Source of the DNA: a virus
Virus genome (UHGV): UHGV-0299912
Direction: 5' to 3' (one strand)
DNA: 34,856 bases
Shown piece after piece: positions 22,855-34,856 of this stretch. The position numbers were made by a program, and so were the translations under genes. The notes below the pieces were generated by a model, which worked only from the letters and a program-made list of their open reading frames with translations, did no database searches and was not told the origin of the DNA. The first letter of the stretch is position 1; every line of letters begins with the position of its first letter.

Positions 22855-23553
22855 TTACTGCGAAAGTTTGTTAATGGAAAGGAAGCCGCCAAAGTTGCCG
22901 ACGTTATTGCGAAACTTACAGCCACTCAGGCATTTGCTGCATTTATCCTTCGTGATATCGGACGTCGGCTGGTCATATTCATCCGCGACAGCCGGACCGC
23001 TATAACCGCACTCGTCACCGCGATAGGTCCAGGTGCAGGTGTTGGCCAGCATGATACGTCCCGGAAAAACGGCACCATCCGTTTCAGTCGGCGTGGACAG
23101 TACAAAGGAGGCACTGACCGCGCTCAGTTCGCTGCACTGCTCGATGCGCCAGCGGCTAATCACCTCCTGCTCCGGATCGGCGTCGCTGTTTCCGTTGACG
23201 AAGTTCACCGCATCCAGAAAACGGGCATAAACCTTACGCCTGACCACCGTTCCGCCGACCAGACTCTGCAGATCTTCCGCCATCCCGGTGACCATGCCAT
23301 ACAGGTTAGAAACCGTCAGCGTGGGGCGCGTACTGGTGCCTTTGCCATTCAGTTCGAAACCACTCCCCTGAATGGGATACGCCTGATACTGTCGCCCCTG
23401 CCAGGTGACCGGCTCACCTTTTTCGTTCTGCTCATTACAGAAAAAATAACGTTCTCCACCAACCTCTGTCAGATCGATTTCCCAGAGCACCACGCTGGCA
23501 GACTGCTCCGCACGGGTGCATTCATTCAGTGTTTCCTGTCGGATATCCTGCAT
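22855..23553 (-). CDS. L: Minor tail protein L
   Basis: 232-aa ORF, same length and position as lambda L; overlaps the M stop. Confidence 0.92.
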   Translation of the reverse strand: MQDIRQETLNECTRAEQSASVVLWEIDLTEVGGERYFFCNEQNEKGEPVTWQGRQYQAYPIQGSGFELNGKGTSTRPTLTVSNLYGMVTGMAEDLQSLVGGTVVRRKVYARFLDAVNFVNGNSDADPEQEVISRWRIEQCSELSAVSASFVLSTPTETDGAVFPGRIMLANTCTWTYRGDECGYSGPAVADEYDQPTSDITKDKCSKCLSGCKFRNNVGNFGGFLSINKLSQ

Positions 23554-23882
23554 CAGTTCACCACCTGTTCAAACTCTGCGCTGAACTCAACACGCAACAT
23601 ACTGACCCGCGACGACCATTTTGCGCAGGTCACCTTTATCTGCCGGTAGCCATAAGGCGGCGTCCACAGAAAGGCCTTCCAGCCCCCGTGCTCAGCCAGA
23701 AACGACTCCAGCGCCGCGGCCTCCCAACGGGGAACAGAAAGCGTCACGCTGTACGTTTTCAGGTCAGTGTTCAGCCCGGCAGGCGCTCGCTGGGAATAGC
23801 CATCACCAAAGCGCACCTTTCTTACGGAAGGGGCCGAAGCCACATCCATACCGGGTTTCACTTTCCAGCGGAAGGTTTTCAT
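23553..23882 (-). CDS. M: Minor tail protein M
   Basis: 109-aa ORF, same length and position as lambda M; overlaps the H stop. Confidence 0.92.
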   Translation of the reverse strand: MKTFRWKVKPGMDVASAPSVRKVRFGDGYSQRAPAGLNTDLKTYSVTLSVPRWEAAALESFLAEHGGWKAFLWTPPYGYRQIKVTCAKWSSRVSMLRVEFSAEFEQVVN

Positions 23883-26440
23883 CGTCCACCTCCGGAGAAC
23901 AGACCACCATCGCGCATCTGCCCGGTCACAACATCCATTGCCGCCTTACGGGCTACGTCATAAACAGCCTTCAGCGCCTGTGGCCCTATCTGACCGTTCG
24001 TGCCGTCGTTGTTAATCACCACATGGTTATTCTGCTCAAACTTCCCGGACGCCTGCGACCGGCTGTCCGCCATGCTGCCCGGTGTACCGACATAACCACC
24101 GGTGGCATAGCCGCGCATCAGCCGGTAAAGATTCCCCACGCCAATCCGGCTGGTTGCCTCCTTCGTGAAGACAAACTCACCACGGTGAACAATCCCCGCT
24201 GGCTCATATTTGCCGCCGGTTCCCGTAAATCCTCCGGTCGCAAAATGGAATTTCGCCGCAGCTGCCTGAATGGCTGTACCGCCTGACGCTGATGCGCCGC
24301 CACCGGTAGCACCGCCAATGGCGCTGCCGATACTCCCGACAATCCCCACCATTGCCTGCTTAAGCAGAATTTCTGTCATCATGGACAGCACGGAGCGGGT
24401 GAAGCTGCGCCAGTTCTGTTCACTGCCGGTCAGCATCGCCGCCATATTCTGTGCAATACCATCAAAGGTCTGCGTGGCTGCACTTTTAACCTGCGACATA
24501 CTGTCCGTGGCGCTCTCTTCCCACTCACTCCAGCCGGACTTGAGGCCTGCCATCCAGCTCCCGCGAAGCTGGTCTTCAGCCGCCCAGGTCTTTTTCTGCT
24601 CTGACATGACGTTATTCAGCGCCAGCGGATTATCGCCATACTGTTCCTTCAGACGCTGTTCCGTGGCTTCCCGCGCTGCCTGCCGGTCAGTCAGCCCCCG
24701 GTTTTTCGCCTCAATGGCGGCCCGTTTTGCCCGTTGCTGCTGTGCGAATTTATCCGCCTGCTGCGCCAGCGCGTTCAGGAGCTCCTGATACGTGACCTTA
24801 TCGCCAAGTGCAGCCAGCTGGCGTTTGTACTCCAGCGTCTCATCTTTATGCGCCAGCAGGGATTTCTCCTGTGCGGATAGCTGGCGACGTTGTGCCGCCT
24901 CCTCCAGTACCGCGAACTGATTTTCCGCCTTCCACAAATCCCGGCGCTGCTGGCTGATTTTCTCATTTGCTCCGGCATGCTTCTCCAGCGTCCGGAGTTC
25001 AGCCTGAAGCGTCAGCAGGGCAGCATGAGCACTGTCTTCCTGACGATCGCCCGCAGACACCTTCACGCCGGACTGTTTCGGCTTTTTCAGCGTCGCTTCA
25101 TAGTCCTTTTTCGCCGCCGCCATCAGCGTGTTGTAATCTGCCTGCAGAATTTTCCCGTCCTTCAGTGCCTTGTTCAGTTCTTCCTGACGGGCGGTATATT
25201 TCTCCAGCGGCGTCTGCAGCCGTTCGTAAGCCTTCTGCGCCTCTTCGGTATATTTCAGCCGTGACGCTTCTGTATCGCTCTGCTGCTGCGCATTTTTGTC
25301 CTGTTGACTCTGCTGTTCAGCCTTCTTTCTCGCGGCTTCAAGCGCAAGACGGGCCTTTTCACGATCATCCCAGTAACGCGCCCGCGCTTCATCGTTAACA
25401 AAATAATCATCCTTGCGCAGACTCCAGATGTCGTCCGCTTTCTTAAACGCAGCCTCTGCCTTAATCAGCATCTCCTGCGCGGTATCAGGACGACCAATAT
25501 CCAGCACCGCATCCCACATGGATTTGAATGCCCGCGCTGTCCTGTCTGCCCAGGTCTCCAGCGTACCCATGTTCTCTTTCAGGCGGCGGGTCTGGTCATC
25601 AAACCCTTTCGTCGCGGCCTCGTTCGCCGCCTGCAATGCCCCGGCTTCATCGCCGGAACGCTGCAACTGAGCAACATACGCAATCTGCTCCGCCGTCACG
25701 TTATGGAACTGGCGTGCCATCGCTGTCAGCCCTGACGTCGGGTCTGTGGTCAGCTTCCCGAAGGCTTCAGCGACCTTGTCCACCTCCACGCCGGATGCAG
25801 AGGAGAAACGCGCCACACTCTGGCTGATGGATGCAATCTGAGCCTCACCGCTTACTCCCGCCTTAACCAGTGCGCTGAGTGACTCGCTGGTCTGGTTAAA
25901 CGTCAGCCCTGCCGCCTGCCCGGCTCTGGACAGGACCAGCATGCGATCTGCCGTCAGACCCGACTGATTGCCGGAAAGGACCAGCGTTTTGTTGAAATCG
26001 GACAGGGTTGAGTTGCCCTGATACCAGGCATACGCCAGCGCACCGGTCGCCACCGCCAGCGAAGTGGCCCCGACCATCGGCAGGGTGATCGCACCGGCAA
26101 GCCCCCTGAACATGGGGATCATCCCGCCGAAGGAGTCCTTAACCTGCCCCCCCTGTTGCAGCAGGATCAGCCACGGACTTTGCCCGCCTGCAAGCTGCGT
26201 GGCCACGTCGGTGAACTGTGCAGGAAGCATACGCATGGCGGCTTTATACTGTCCGACGGAAATCCCCGCTTTCTGTGCAGCCAGCGCCTGCCGGTTCATT
26301 GACTGTTCAACGACTGCCGCTGTTTTTTTCGCATCACTTTCCGTACCGGAAAAATGACGCCTGACTCTGGCCATCTGCTCGTCAAATCTGGCCGCATCCA
26401 GACTCAAATCAACGACCAGATCGCCTACCGGTTCAGCCAT
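23879..26440 (-). CDS. H: Tail tape measure protein H
   Basis: 853-aa ORF, same length as lambda H; coiled-coil and Gly-rich C-terminal composition. Confidence 0.93.
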   Translation of the reverse strand: MAEPVGDLVVDLSLDAARFDEQMARVRRHFSGTESDAKKTAAVVEQSMNRQALAAQKAGISVGQYKAAMRMLPAQFTDVATQLAGGQSPWLILLQQGGQVKDSFGGMIPMFRGLAGAITLPMVGATSLAVATGALAYAWYQGNSTLSDFNKTLVLSGNQSGLTADRMLVLSRAGQAAGLTFNQTSESLSALVKAGVSGEAQIASISQSVARFSSASGVEVDKVAEAFGKLTTDPTSGLTAMARQFHNVTAEQIAYVAQLQRSGDEAGALQAANEAATKGFDDQTRRLKENMGTLETWADRTARAFKSMWDAVLDIGRPDTAQEMLIKAEAAFKKADDIWSLRKDDYFVNDEARARYWDDREKARLALEAARKKAEQQSQQDKNAQQQSDTEASRLKYTEEAQKAYERLQTPLEKYTARQEELNKALKDGKILQADYNTLMAAAKKDYEATLKKPKQSGVKVSAGDRQEDSAHAALLTLQAELRTLEKHAGANEKISQQRRDLWKAENQFAVLEEAAQRRQLSAQEKSLLAHKDETLEYKRQLAALGDKVTYQELLNALAQQADKFAQQQRAKRAAIEAKNRGLTDRQAAREATEQRLKEQYGDNPLALNNVMSEQKKTWAAEDQLRGSWMAGLKSGWSEWEESATDSMSQVKSAATQTFDGIAQNMAAMLTGSEQNWRSFTRSVLSMMTEILLKQAMVGIVGSIGSAIGGATGGGASASGGTAIQAAAAKFHFATGGFTGTGGKYEPAGIVHRGEFVFTKEATSRIGVGNLYRLMRGYATGGYVGTPGSMADSRSQASGKFEQNNHVVINNDGTNGQIGPQALKAVYDVARKAAMDVVTGQMRDGGLFSGGGR

Positions 26441-26867
26441 ACCGGACTCCTCCTGCGATCCCTTCTGATACTGTCATCAGCATTACGTCATCCTCCGTCA
26501 TGTCCGCCACATCCGGGGAAGCGGGGATAACTTCATTCCCGTCCGGGCCAAAGCGGACACCTCCGGCAAGCCCTGCCGCTTTCTGCATCAGCACATCATC
26601 TTCAGGCTCTTCGTCAGCCTCGCGCCGGTTCAGCAGACTGAAATCCAGCGGATGCATATCCGGATCGCTGAAAAACAGGCTGAGTACGGTGTACGTCAGC
26701 CCGGAAAAGTGCATATCCAGCAGAACATCATGAAAATAATGGGTACTGTAAAAGCGGTGCCAGTCGGCATACTCCGTGGATGACATCCCGGCAAGCATGG
26801 CACGCCAGTCGGGTCGCCCCATCTCGCGCGCCAGTTTCAGGGCAAAACTCAGCTCACCGTCGAACAC
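26433..26867 (-). CDS. T: T portion of the G-T tail assembly chaperone (expressed by -1 frameshift from G)
   Basis: Frame in the -1 register relative to G, opening at the GGGAAAG slip site; 144 codons as in lambda T. It has no independent start (the ORF-track M is a GTG). Confidence 0.85.
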   Translation of the reverse strand: MFDGELSFALKLAREMGRPDWRAMLAGMSSTEYADWHRFYSTHYFHDVLLDMHFSGLTYTVLSLFFSDPDMHPLDFSLLNRREADEEPEDDVLMQKAAGLAGGVRFGPDGNEVIPASPDVADMTEDDVMLMTVSEGIAGGVRYG

Positions 26868-27271
26868 TTTCCCGCAGAAACAGGCTCTGCAGGCCCGGCG
26901 TCCTCTGCCTGTTCAGGAGCATCATTCACCACAAACTCATACATACCGGACAGCCGGTACACCACGTTTTCAGCATGAGAAATTGCCTCTGTGGGCCAGG
27001 TGGTAAGCACTTCCTGCTCAATCTGTTTAACGGCTTCATTCATGGAAGGCAGCTTTGTCTTCTTCGGATGGTTATGCCACAGGGACATCGCCACCAGAAA
27101 CGCGCCGGTTCTGATGGCGTCTTCCACAGTAAACTTCCGGTTGCTGTCTGACTCCGCCTGTTCTGCCTGCCGTTTCATCAGGGCGAGATGCTCAATACGC
27201 TGCAGGGCTGACAGTTCAGAAAGCGTGACGGTCACACCGTTATGTTCAAATGATTCGGTTTTCAGGAACAT
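26849..27271 (-). CDS. G: Tail assembly chaperone G
   Basis: 140-aa ORF, same length and position as lambda G; carries the slippery site near its 3' end. Confidence 0.9.
   Translation of the reverse strand: MFLKTESFEHNGVTVTLSELSALQRIEHLALMKRQAEQAESDSNRKFTVEDAIRTGAFLVAMSLWHNHPKKTKLPSMNEAVKQIEQEVLTTWPTEAISHAENVVYRLSGMYEFVVNDAPEQAEDAGPAEPVSAGKCSTVS
26867..26873 (-). other. Programmed -1 ribosomal frameshift slippery heptamer G GGA AAG (G to G-T)
   Basis: In the G frame the codons are GCG GGA AAG, six codons before the G stop. Slipping to GGG AAA enters the T frame exactly. Confidence 0.8.
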
Positions 27272-27286
27272 CGCTGACTCTCCGGA

Positions 27287-28027
27287 TTAACTGGCGGTGA
27301 CGTTGATTTCTGCAACCGCAGCAAACTCACCATTACCGGATACGACCGGAATGTTGACCTTGCCTGCAGCAACACCTTTCACGGTGATGGTCATACCACT
27401 GACCGACACGGTGGCTTTTGTTTTATCCGCAGACACCGCACGGAAGCTCTTGTCGGTTGCGCCCTCCGGCTGGAATGCCACGGTCAGCGTGGTGCTCTGC
27501 CCTTTCACTACGGAAGCACTGGCGGGTGTCACCGTCATGCCGGTTGTCGCCGTCACCGTGCTGCGATCTTCTGCCATCGACGGACGTCCCACATTGGTGA
27601 CCTTCACCGTGCGGGTAATCACTTCCTTCGCCGTCACCGCCTTACCGATACTGCTGACCCAGCCACGGAACACATCGACCGTGCCGTTCGGGAAGCGGAT
27701 TTTATAGGCACGGGTATCACCTTCATTAAACCACGCCAGCAGCGCCTGCTGCCCCTGCTCTCCGGGCATCCACGCCAGCGTGAAGCTGGTATCTCCGGCA
27801 GATTTCTGCCCCTGCCCGGTCGCAGTCCAGTCTGCATCTTCATCATCGAGATAGCTGTCGTCATAGGACTCAGCGGTCAGTTCGCCGGGCGTCAGGTCTT
27901 TAACTTTTGCCAGACGCGACCAGTCAACGTCTGAAAGCGGGTTCGCATAAGGGTCACCGCTCCCCTTATAAACCCACAGGGTGGTCCCGGCACCTTTCAC
28001 CGGCATTGTAGGATTTGGTACAGGCAT
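27287..28027 (-). CDS. V: Major tail tube protein V (with C-terminal Ig-like domain)
   Basis: ORF-track frame 27287..28057. Start placed at ATG 28027 ([16 protein letters not shown]...), giving 246 aa as in lambda V; GAGGA Shine-Dalgarno upstream. Confidence 0.92.
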   Translation of the reverse strand: MPVPNPTMPVKGAGTTLWVYKGSGDPYANPLSDVDWSRLAKVKDLTPGELTAESYDDSYLDDEDADWTATGQGQKSAGDTSFTLAWMPGEQGQQALLAWFNEGDTRAYKIRFPNGTVDVFRGWVSSIGKAVTAKEVITRTVKVTNVGRPSMAEDRSTVTATTGMTVTPASASVVKGQSTTLTVAFQPEGATDKSFRAVSADKTKATVSVSGMTITVKGVAAGKVNIPVVSGNGEFAAVAEINVTAS

Positions 28028-28034
28028 AGCGTCC

Positions 28035-28430
28035 TCACATTTCATAGGTAATGACATAAGTCAGATCGGCTGAACTCCACAGGCCCGCATCATCGTCGCG
28101 CCGGTAGTCATAGCCACTGGCCACCATACTGGTGATCAAATCTGACAGTGCCGGGATATCGCTCATCACCGGATAAATCCGGGACTCCATCCACGAATCC
28201 AGCTCTGAATCCGGCACCTGAGCAGGCAGGAAAACTTCAATATGCAGCTCCGCCTGCCAGGTATCGCTGTCCAGCTCTTCGCCCGTGTATTCAGCGCCGG
28301 TGAGATAAACGGCAATTGCCGGAAAATCTTCCTCATCAAAAACAGCGGGGCGACCATCAAAAAGCGTCGCCCCGGTGTCATGCTTCTCCAGTGCATCCAG
28401 TACGGCTGCACGGAGTTCAGTATGTTTCAT
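28035..28430 (-). CDS. U: Tail terminator protein U
   Basis: 131-aa ORF recognised as lambda U. Confidence 0.92.
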   Translation of the reverse strand: MKHTELRAAVLDALEKHDTGATLFDGRPAVFDEEDFPAIAVYLTGAEYTGEELDSDTWQAELHIEVFLPAQVPDSELDSWMESRIYPVMSDIPALSDLITSMVASGYDYRRDDDAGLWSSADLTYVITYEM

Positions 28431-29005
28431 CGCTTTATTACCATTCTCAGTTGATGCTGCAGCGCATAGCCCAGCTCTTTCGGAAGACGTTCACGCCGTA
28501 TCCGTTCAATATTCTGTTTAAACGCCGTGGTCAGCGGCACCGCCATCGGGATTTTCACTACATCAATGGGGTAACGGTTTTTCCCGGCCACACGCTGCAT
28601 AACATGCCACCGGCCATTTTTCAGTTGCTGAATAAACGCGCCGGGAATACGACGGTTACCCACCACAAGCACGCTGCCGCCACCTTTCAGGGATGAACGC
28701 TGCCCCTTTTTACGACGCCTGCGGCGGGACAGGACAACCCGCGCATTACCCAGCTTGATTACGGGCAAATCCCCCCGGTTAACTTTGATTCTGGCCTGCG
28801 GATTTTTGACCGTGGCCCTTTTCAGCCTGGCCCTTTCCTTTACCAGTTTTCGGCGTACCTTTGTCTCACGGGCAACCTGTGACGCAGACTGCGATATCGC
28901 GGATGAAGCAACGCGGTTAATGGCCATTGCGGCGGCACCAGGCACCGCCGTTTTGCTGATACGGCTGAGGTTTTCAACGGCCTGCTCAAGACCTTTTATG
29001 GCCAT
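28427..29005 (-). CDS. Z: Tail completion protein Z
   Basis: 192-aa ORF, same length and position as lambda Z. Confidence 0.9.
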   Translation of the reverse strand: MAIKGLEQAVENLSRISKTAVPGAAAMAINRVASSAISQSASQVARETKVRRKLVKERARLKRATVKNPQARIKVNRGDLPVIKLGNARVVLSRRRRRKKGQRSSLKGGGSVLVVGNRRIPGAFIQQLKNGRWHVMQRVAGKNRYPIDVVKIPMAVPLTTAFKQNIERIRRERLPKELGYALQHQLRMVIKR

Positions 29006-29016
29006 ACATCCCCCTT

Positions 29017-29370
29017 TCAGCGGCGACGGTTAACGGCAGGCGGTACACCCCGTCCAAGCCAGAGATGACAACTTCCGCCATCATCCGGCGAAACCCGATC
29101 TACCCAGAAATTTTCCTCACCGATGGTCAGCGTGTCTCCACGCCGCAGCTGCCGCACCTCATCAGTCCGAACAAACAGGGACGGGCTGGAGCCTTCAACG
29201 CGCACGCCCTGTCCGGCATAGCTGATATTTTCAGGGTCATCAAAAACACCACGTATCACCGCACCTGACTGCTCACCGGATGTCATGGTGGCTGACGTTC
29301 CCATGTACCCGCGTATCGTTTCATCGGCGCGGGCAATAGCAGCATCGAACAGGTTATCGAAATCAGCCAC
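29017..29370 (-). CDS. FII: Head-tail connector protein FII
   Basis: 117-aa ORF recognised as lambda FII. Confidence 0.92.
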   Translation of the reverse strand: MADFDNLFDAAIARADETIRGYMGTSATMTSGEQSGAVIRGVFDDPENISYAGQGVRVEGSSPSLFVRTDEVRQLRRGDTLTIGEENFWVDRVSPDDGGSCHLWLGRGVPPAVNRRR

Positions 29371-29381
29371 AGCGCCTCCCG

Positions 29382-29780
29382 TTATTGCATTCTGGCCAGG
29401 CCGCGCTCTGTCATTTCGGCTGCCACACCGGCAGAGACACGAAACGCCGTTCCCGGCAGCACAAATGCCACAGGTTCATCCCGCGTGGCGTGAAGTGCAT
29501 CAGTATGCAGCTTCACCAGTGCCACGACCGTGACCAGTTCAGACGTATCCAGAATCACGGTATCCGGCTGCGCTGATCTCACCTCATTTTCATGTCCGGT
29601 CAGCACATTTTCCCGGCTGAGAGGGGTGTCCTGACCGGCAGTTTCATCCGTGTCATCAAGCTCCTCTTCCAGCTCTGCCACACGGAGCGCCAGTTCTTCT
29701 TTCGTCCCCGTCAGGCTGACATCACGGTTCAGTTGTTCACCCAGCGAGCGGAGACGGGCAATCAGTTCATCTTTCGTCAT
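29382..29780 (-). CDS. FI: DNA packaging protein FI
   Basis: ORF-track frame 29382..29819. Start placed at ATG 29780 (MTKDELIARLRSLGEQ...) with a GGAGGAG Shine-Dalgarno, giving 132 aa as in lambda FI. Confidence 0.9.
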   Translation of the reverse strand: MTKDELIARLRSLGEQLNRDVSLTGTKEELALRVAELEEELDDTDETAGQDTPLSRENVLTGHENEVRSAQPDTVILDTSELVTVVALVKLHTDALHATRDEPVAFVLPGTAFRVSAGVAAEMTERGLARMQ

Positions 29781-29821
29781 GGACTCCTCCACAGAGAAAC
29801 AATGGCCCCGAAGGGCCATGA

Positions 29822-30847
29822 TTACGCCAGTTGTACGGACACGAACTCATCAGGGTCAGCCAGCAGCATCAGCGGTGCTGACTGAATCATGGTGAACTCA
29901 CGCGCCGGATCGCCGGTGGTCACCCAGTTTTTCGGGTAACGGGCAGAGGCGTTAATGCCTTCGCGCTGTGCGTCCGCATCCTGAATGCAGCCATAGGTGC
30001 GCAGACCGCGTGCCTGAGTGTTCCCCAGCACCATCGTGTTGTCCGGCAGGAAGTTCTTTTTGACGCCGTTTTCCACGTACTGTCCGGAATACACGACGAT
30101 GGCCACATCGCCATACATCCCCTTATAGGACACCGCTTTACCCAGGTCTTTCACCGCTGTCTCCAGCTCGGAATTAGAGCCACGACGGGTATCCAGCTTC
30201 TCCTTGACGGCTTTGAAGGAACGGAACAGCGCCCAGCCTTTCGGATCGAACACGATGATATTCACCACACCGCTGGCGTTCAGCGCGTAGGCTTCGATAT
30301 CGTCGGTCGGGTCATACGTGGACTTGTCACGCTTGCTCCACTCCGTGCCGCCGGACTGCGTGATGTTATTCTCCTCACTGCGGCCCATATCCACCTCAAC
30401 CGGATCGAAGGCTTCACCGGTCATGGTGTATTTGCCCTTAAGCACGGCAGAAACTGCCTGCATCTCTTCGACCTGAGCAATGGCCAGCTCTTCGTCACGC
30501 ATGTTCTGCATGATGATGCGACGGCGGCGGTAAGCCGGGTCCACCAGATTCTGCGGATCTTCATCCGGCAGGCGACGCAGGGTCATCTGCGGATTCACTT
30601 CATGCTTCGGCTTGACATATCCCGGCGTAAATTCAGAGGTGGAGCCGCCACGGGAACGGATAACCTCACCGGAAACAATCGGCGAAACGTACAGCGCCAT
30701 GTTTACCAGTCCCGGAATTTGTGAGAGATAGACTTTCTCCGTGGTGAAGGGATAGCTCTCACGGAAAAAGAGACGCAGAAACAGCGGATCAAACTTAAAT
30801 TTCTGCTCATTTGCCGCCAGCAGCTGGGCGGTTGTGTACATCGACAT
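29822..30847 (-). CDS. E: Major capsid protein E
   Basis: 341-aa ORF, same length as lambda E; recognised sequence. Confidence 0.93.
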   Translation of the reverse strand: MSMYTTAQLLAANEQKFKFDPLFLRLFFRESYPFTTEKVYLSQIPGLVNMALYVSPIVSGEVIRSRGGSTSEFTPGYVKPKHEVNPQMTLRRLPDEDPQNLVDPAYRRRRIIMQNMRDEELAIAQVEEMQAVSAVLKGKYTMTGEAFDPVEVDMGRSEENNITQSGGTEWSKRDKSTYDPTDDIEAYALNASGVVNIIVFDPKGWALFRSFKAVKEKLDTRRGSNSELETAVKDLGKAVSYKGMYGDVAIVVYSGQYVENGVKKNFLPDNTMVLGNTQARGLRTYGCIQDADAQREGINASARYPKNWVTTGDPAREFTMIQSAPLMLLADPDEFVSVQLA

Positions 30848-30901
30848 AAAAAAATCCCGTAAAAAAGCCGCACAGGCGGCCTTTAGTGATGAAGGGTAAA
30901 G

Positions 30902-31234
30902 TTAAACGATGCTGATTGCCGTTCCGGCAAACGCGGTCCGTTTTTTCGTCTCGTCGCTGGCAGCCTCCGGCCAGAGCACATCCTCATAACGGAACGTGCC
31001 GGACTTGTAGAACGTCAGCGTGGTGCTGGTCTGGTCAGCAGCAACCGCAAGAATGCCAACGGCAGCACCGTCGGTGGTGCCATCCCACGCAACCAGCTTA
31101 CGGCTGGAGGTGTCCAGCATCAGCGGGGTCATTGCAGGCGCTTTCGCACTCAATCCGCCGGGCGCGGTTGCGGTATGAGCCGGGTCACTGTTGCCCAGCG
31201 GCTGGTAATGGGTAAAGGTTTCTTTGCTCGTCAT
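30902..31234 (-). CDS. D: Head decoration protein D
   Basis: ORF-track frame 30902..31240. Start placed at ATG 31234 ([12 protein letters not shown]...), giving 110 aa as in lambda D. Confidence 0.92.
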   Translation of the reverse strand: MTSKETFTHYQPLGNSDPAHTATAPGGLSAKAPAMTPLMLDTSSRKLVAWDGTTDGAAVGILAVAADQTSTTLTFYKSGTFRYEDVLWPEAASDETKKRTAFAGTAISIV

Positions 31235-31243
31235 AAACATCCC

Positions 31244-31849
31244 TTACACTGGTGTGTTCAGCAAATCGTTAACGGCATCAGATGCCAGGTTACCTGCAGC
31301 CAGCGGTGCCGGTGCCCCCTGCATCAGACGATCCAGCGCAGTGTCACTGCGCGCCTGTGCACTCTGTGGTGCAACTGCCAGAATGCGGCGGGCCGTTTCC
31401 ACGGTCATACCAGGGGTTTCGGCCAGCACGCGTGCCTGTTCTTCGCGTCCGTGAGCTTCCTCACAGTTGAGGATCCCCATAATGCGACTGTTTTCTGCCG
31501 CAACCGCTGCGGTGATCTGCGCGTTCACGTCCGGCTGCGCAGCGCTGGCGTTCTCGCCCTCCGTCGCTGGCACCACGCCAGTAACGTCAGCCTGCGAAGC
31601 AGTGGCTGAAACAGTTGTTGATTGAGTCTCTTTGGTCATTCGCCCTCCTGAGAGACGGGATTTACGTGCATCCAGTGCATCACGCATGACGGTGATCGCA
31701 TCGGTACTGTTAACAAGTTCATCAGCCAGTCCGGCATCAATGGCCTCCTGACCGCTGTACACTGCAGCCTCGGTATCCAGCACAGCCTGCACGGACAGGC
31801 CGGTATATGCCGACACCTTCTGTGCAAACATCCGGCGGGTTGCATCCAT
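31244..31849 (-). CDS. Nu3: Capsid scaffolding protein Nu3 (nested in-frame in the 3' part of C)
   Basis: In-frame ATG at 31849 gives a 201-aa product (MDATRRMFAQ...), the same geometry as lambda Nu3 within C. Confidence 0.65.
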   Translation of the reverse strand: MDATRRMFAQKVSAYTGLSVQAVLDTEAAVYSGQEAIDAGLADELVNSTDAITVMRDALDARKSRLSGGRMTKETQSTTVSATASQADVTGVVPATEGENASAAQPDVNAQITAAVAAENSRIMGILNCEEAHGREEQARVLAETPGMTVETARRILAVAPQSAQARSDTALDRLMQGAPAPLAAGNLASDAVNDLLNTPV

Positions 31850-32543
31850 CCGGGACTGCAGTGTTTCCCGGACATCATCCGGTAGATGGCTGTAGGGGTT
31901 GCCATCCACCTTATGGCTGCCGCTGTAAATCAGCGTGATTTCCACGCCCTGTTTCTCCAGCGCAGCACCGTAATTACTGTGAGCCATCATGACGCCGATG
32001 GAGCCTGTCCGGGCGGTCTGCGTGACCAGACGTCGGGAGGCGGCGCTGGCAAGCAACTGACCTGCACTGCAGTTCATGTCGTTGGCCAGCGCCCATACCG
32101 GCTTTATGTCACGCACACGGGCGATGATGTCAGCGCAGTCAAATGCCCCTGCCACCATCCCGCCTGGCGTATCCATATCGAGCAGAATGCCGTCCACCAT
32201 CGGGTCGCTGGCAGCCTGTTGCAGACGGGCGATAATGCCGTTGTAACCGGTCATCCCCGAATACGGCTGCAGCGCTCGCGTCCGACTGACCAGCGTGCCG
32301 GACACCGGCAGCACGGCGATGCCGTTCATGACCTGATAACTGCGGGCCTGTCGTGGTCCGTCATCATCAACGGATAACGCCAGCGCCGCGGGTGCCTCTC
32401 CGGCAGTCAGGCTGTCGCCGGATACCGCATCCGTCAGGCGGCTGATCCCAAGCTGGCCTGCAAGCGCACAAAAGAAAACCCGCGCATAGGCGGGTTCAAG
32501 CATCAGCGGCTCATTAAAGGCCATACTGGCAATATGCGGGAGA

Positions 32544-32563
<20 letters not shown>
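31244..32563 (-). CDS. C: Capsid assembly protease C (S49/ClpP-like)
   Basis: ORF-track frame extends to 32698. Start placed at GTG 32563 with a strong GGAGGAG Shine-Dalgarno, giving 439 aa as in lambda C and overlapping the B 3' end by 20 nt. Confidence 0.88.

Positions 32564-34856
<2,293 letters not shown>

Noticed and set aside
22849-26357. Multiple plus-strand ORFs antisense to L, M and H (for example 22849..23649, 23621..24286, 24270..24788, 25304..25735)
   Set aside because: All are nested antisense to well-supported tail genes, with biased composition and no translation signals.
26433-26867. T as an independently initiated gene
   Set aside because: The ORF-track start is a GTG at the slip site. 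By homology and frame geometry T is made only as the G-T frameshift fusion.

Overview
The window is a lambda-like (lambdoid siphovirus) phage or prophage genome laid out in vegetative-map order along the minus strand. From 34856 down to 13815 it carries the late morphogenesis operon: terminase large subunit A (3' part only, runs off the window), W, B, C with nested Nu3, D, E, FI, FII, Z, U, V, G and the G-T frameshift product, H, M, L, K, I, J, lom, stf and tfa. Next come a ~780 bp AT-rich spacer, a 5'-truncated sitC plus intact sitD (Mn/Fe ABC-transporter permeases), a 168-bp icd 3' fragment (e14-type attachment module), then int, xis and small exo-xis-region genes (TraR-like, ASCH-domain). 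An IS100 (IS21 family, istA/istB) sits in this region with a 5-bp target duplication and splits a small gene. The rest is exo-bet-gam, a CI-type repressor, a divergent Cro (YdaS-like), a YdaT-like protein in the cII position, O with five internal iterons, and P. I found no rRNA, tRNA, CRISPR array or N-like antiterminator. I did not identify a clearly novel multi-gene system. The most unusual features are the direct icd'/sitC' fusion in an attP-like arrangement, the ~200-nt structured leader with no N gene, and a small hydrophobic ORF in the AT-rich spacer. All protein identifications rest on recalled similarity to lambda, Rac and e14 proteins, not on a database search.
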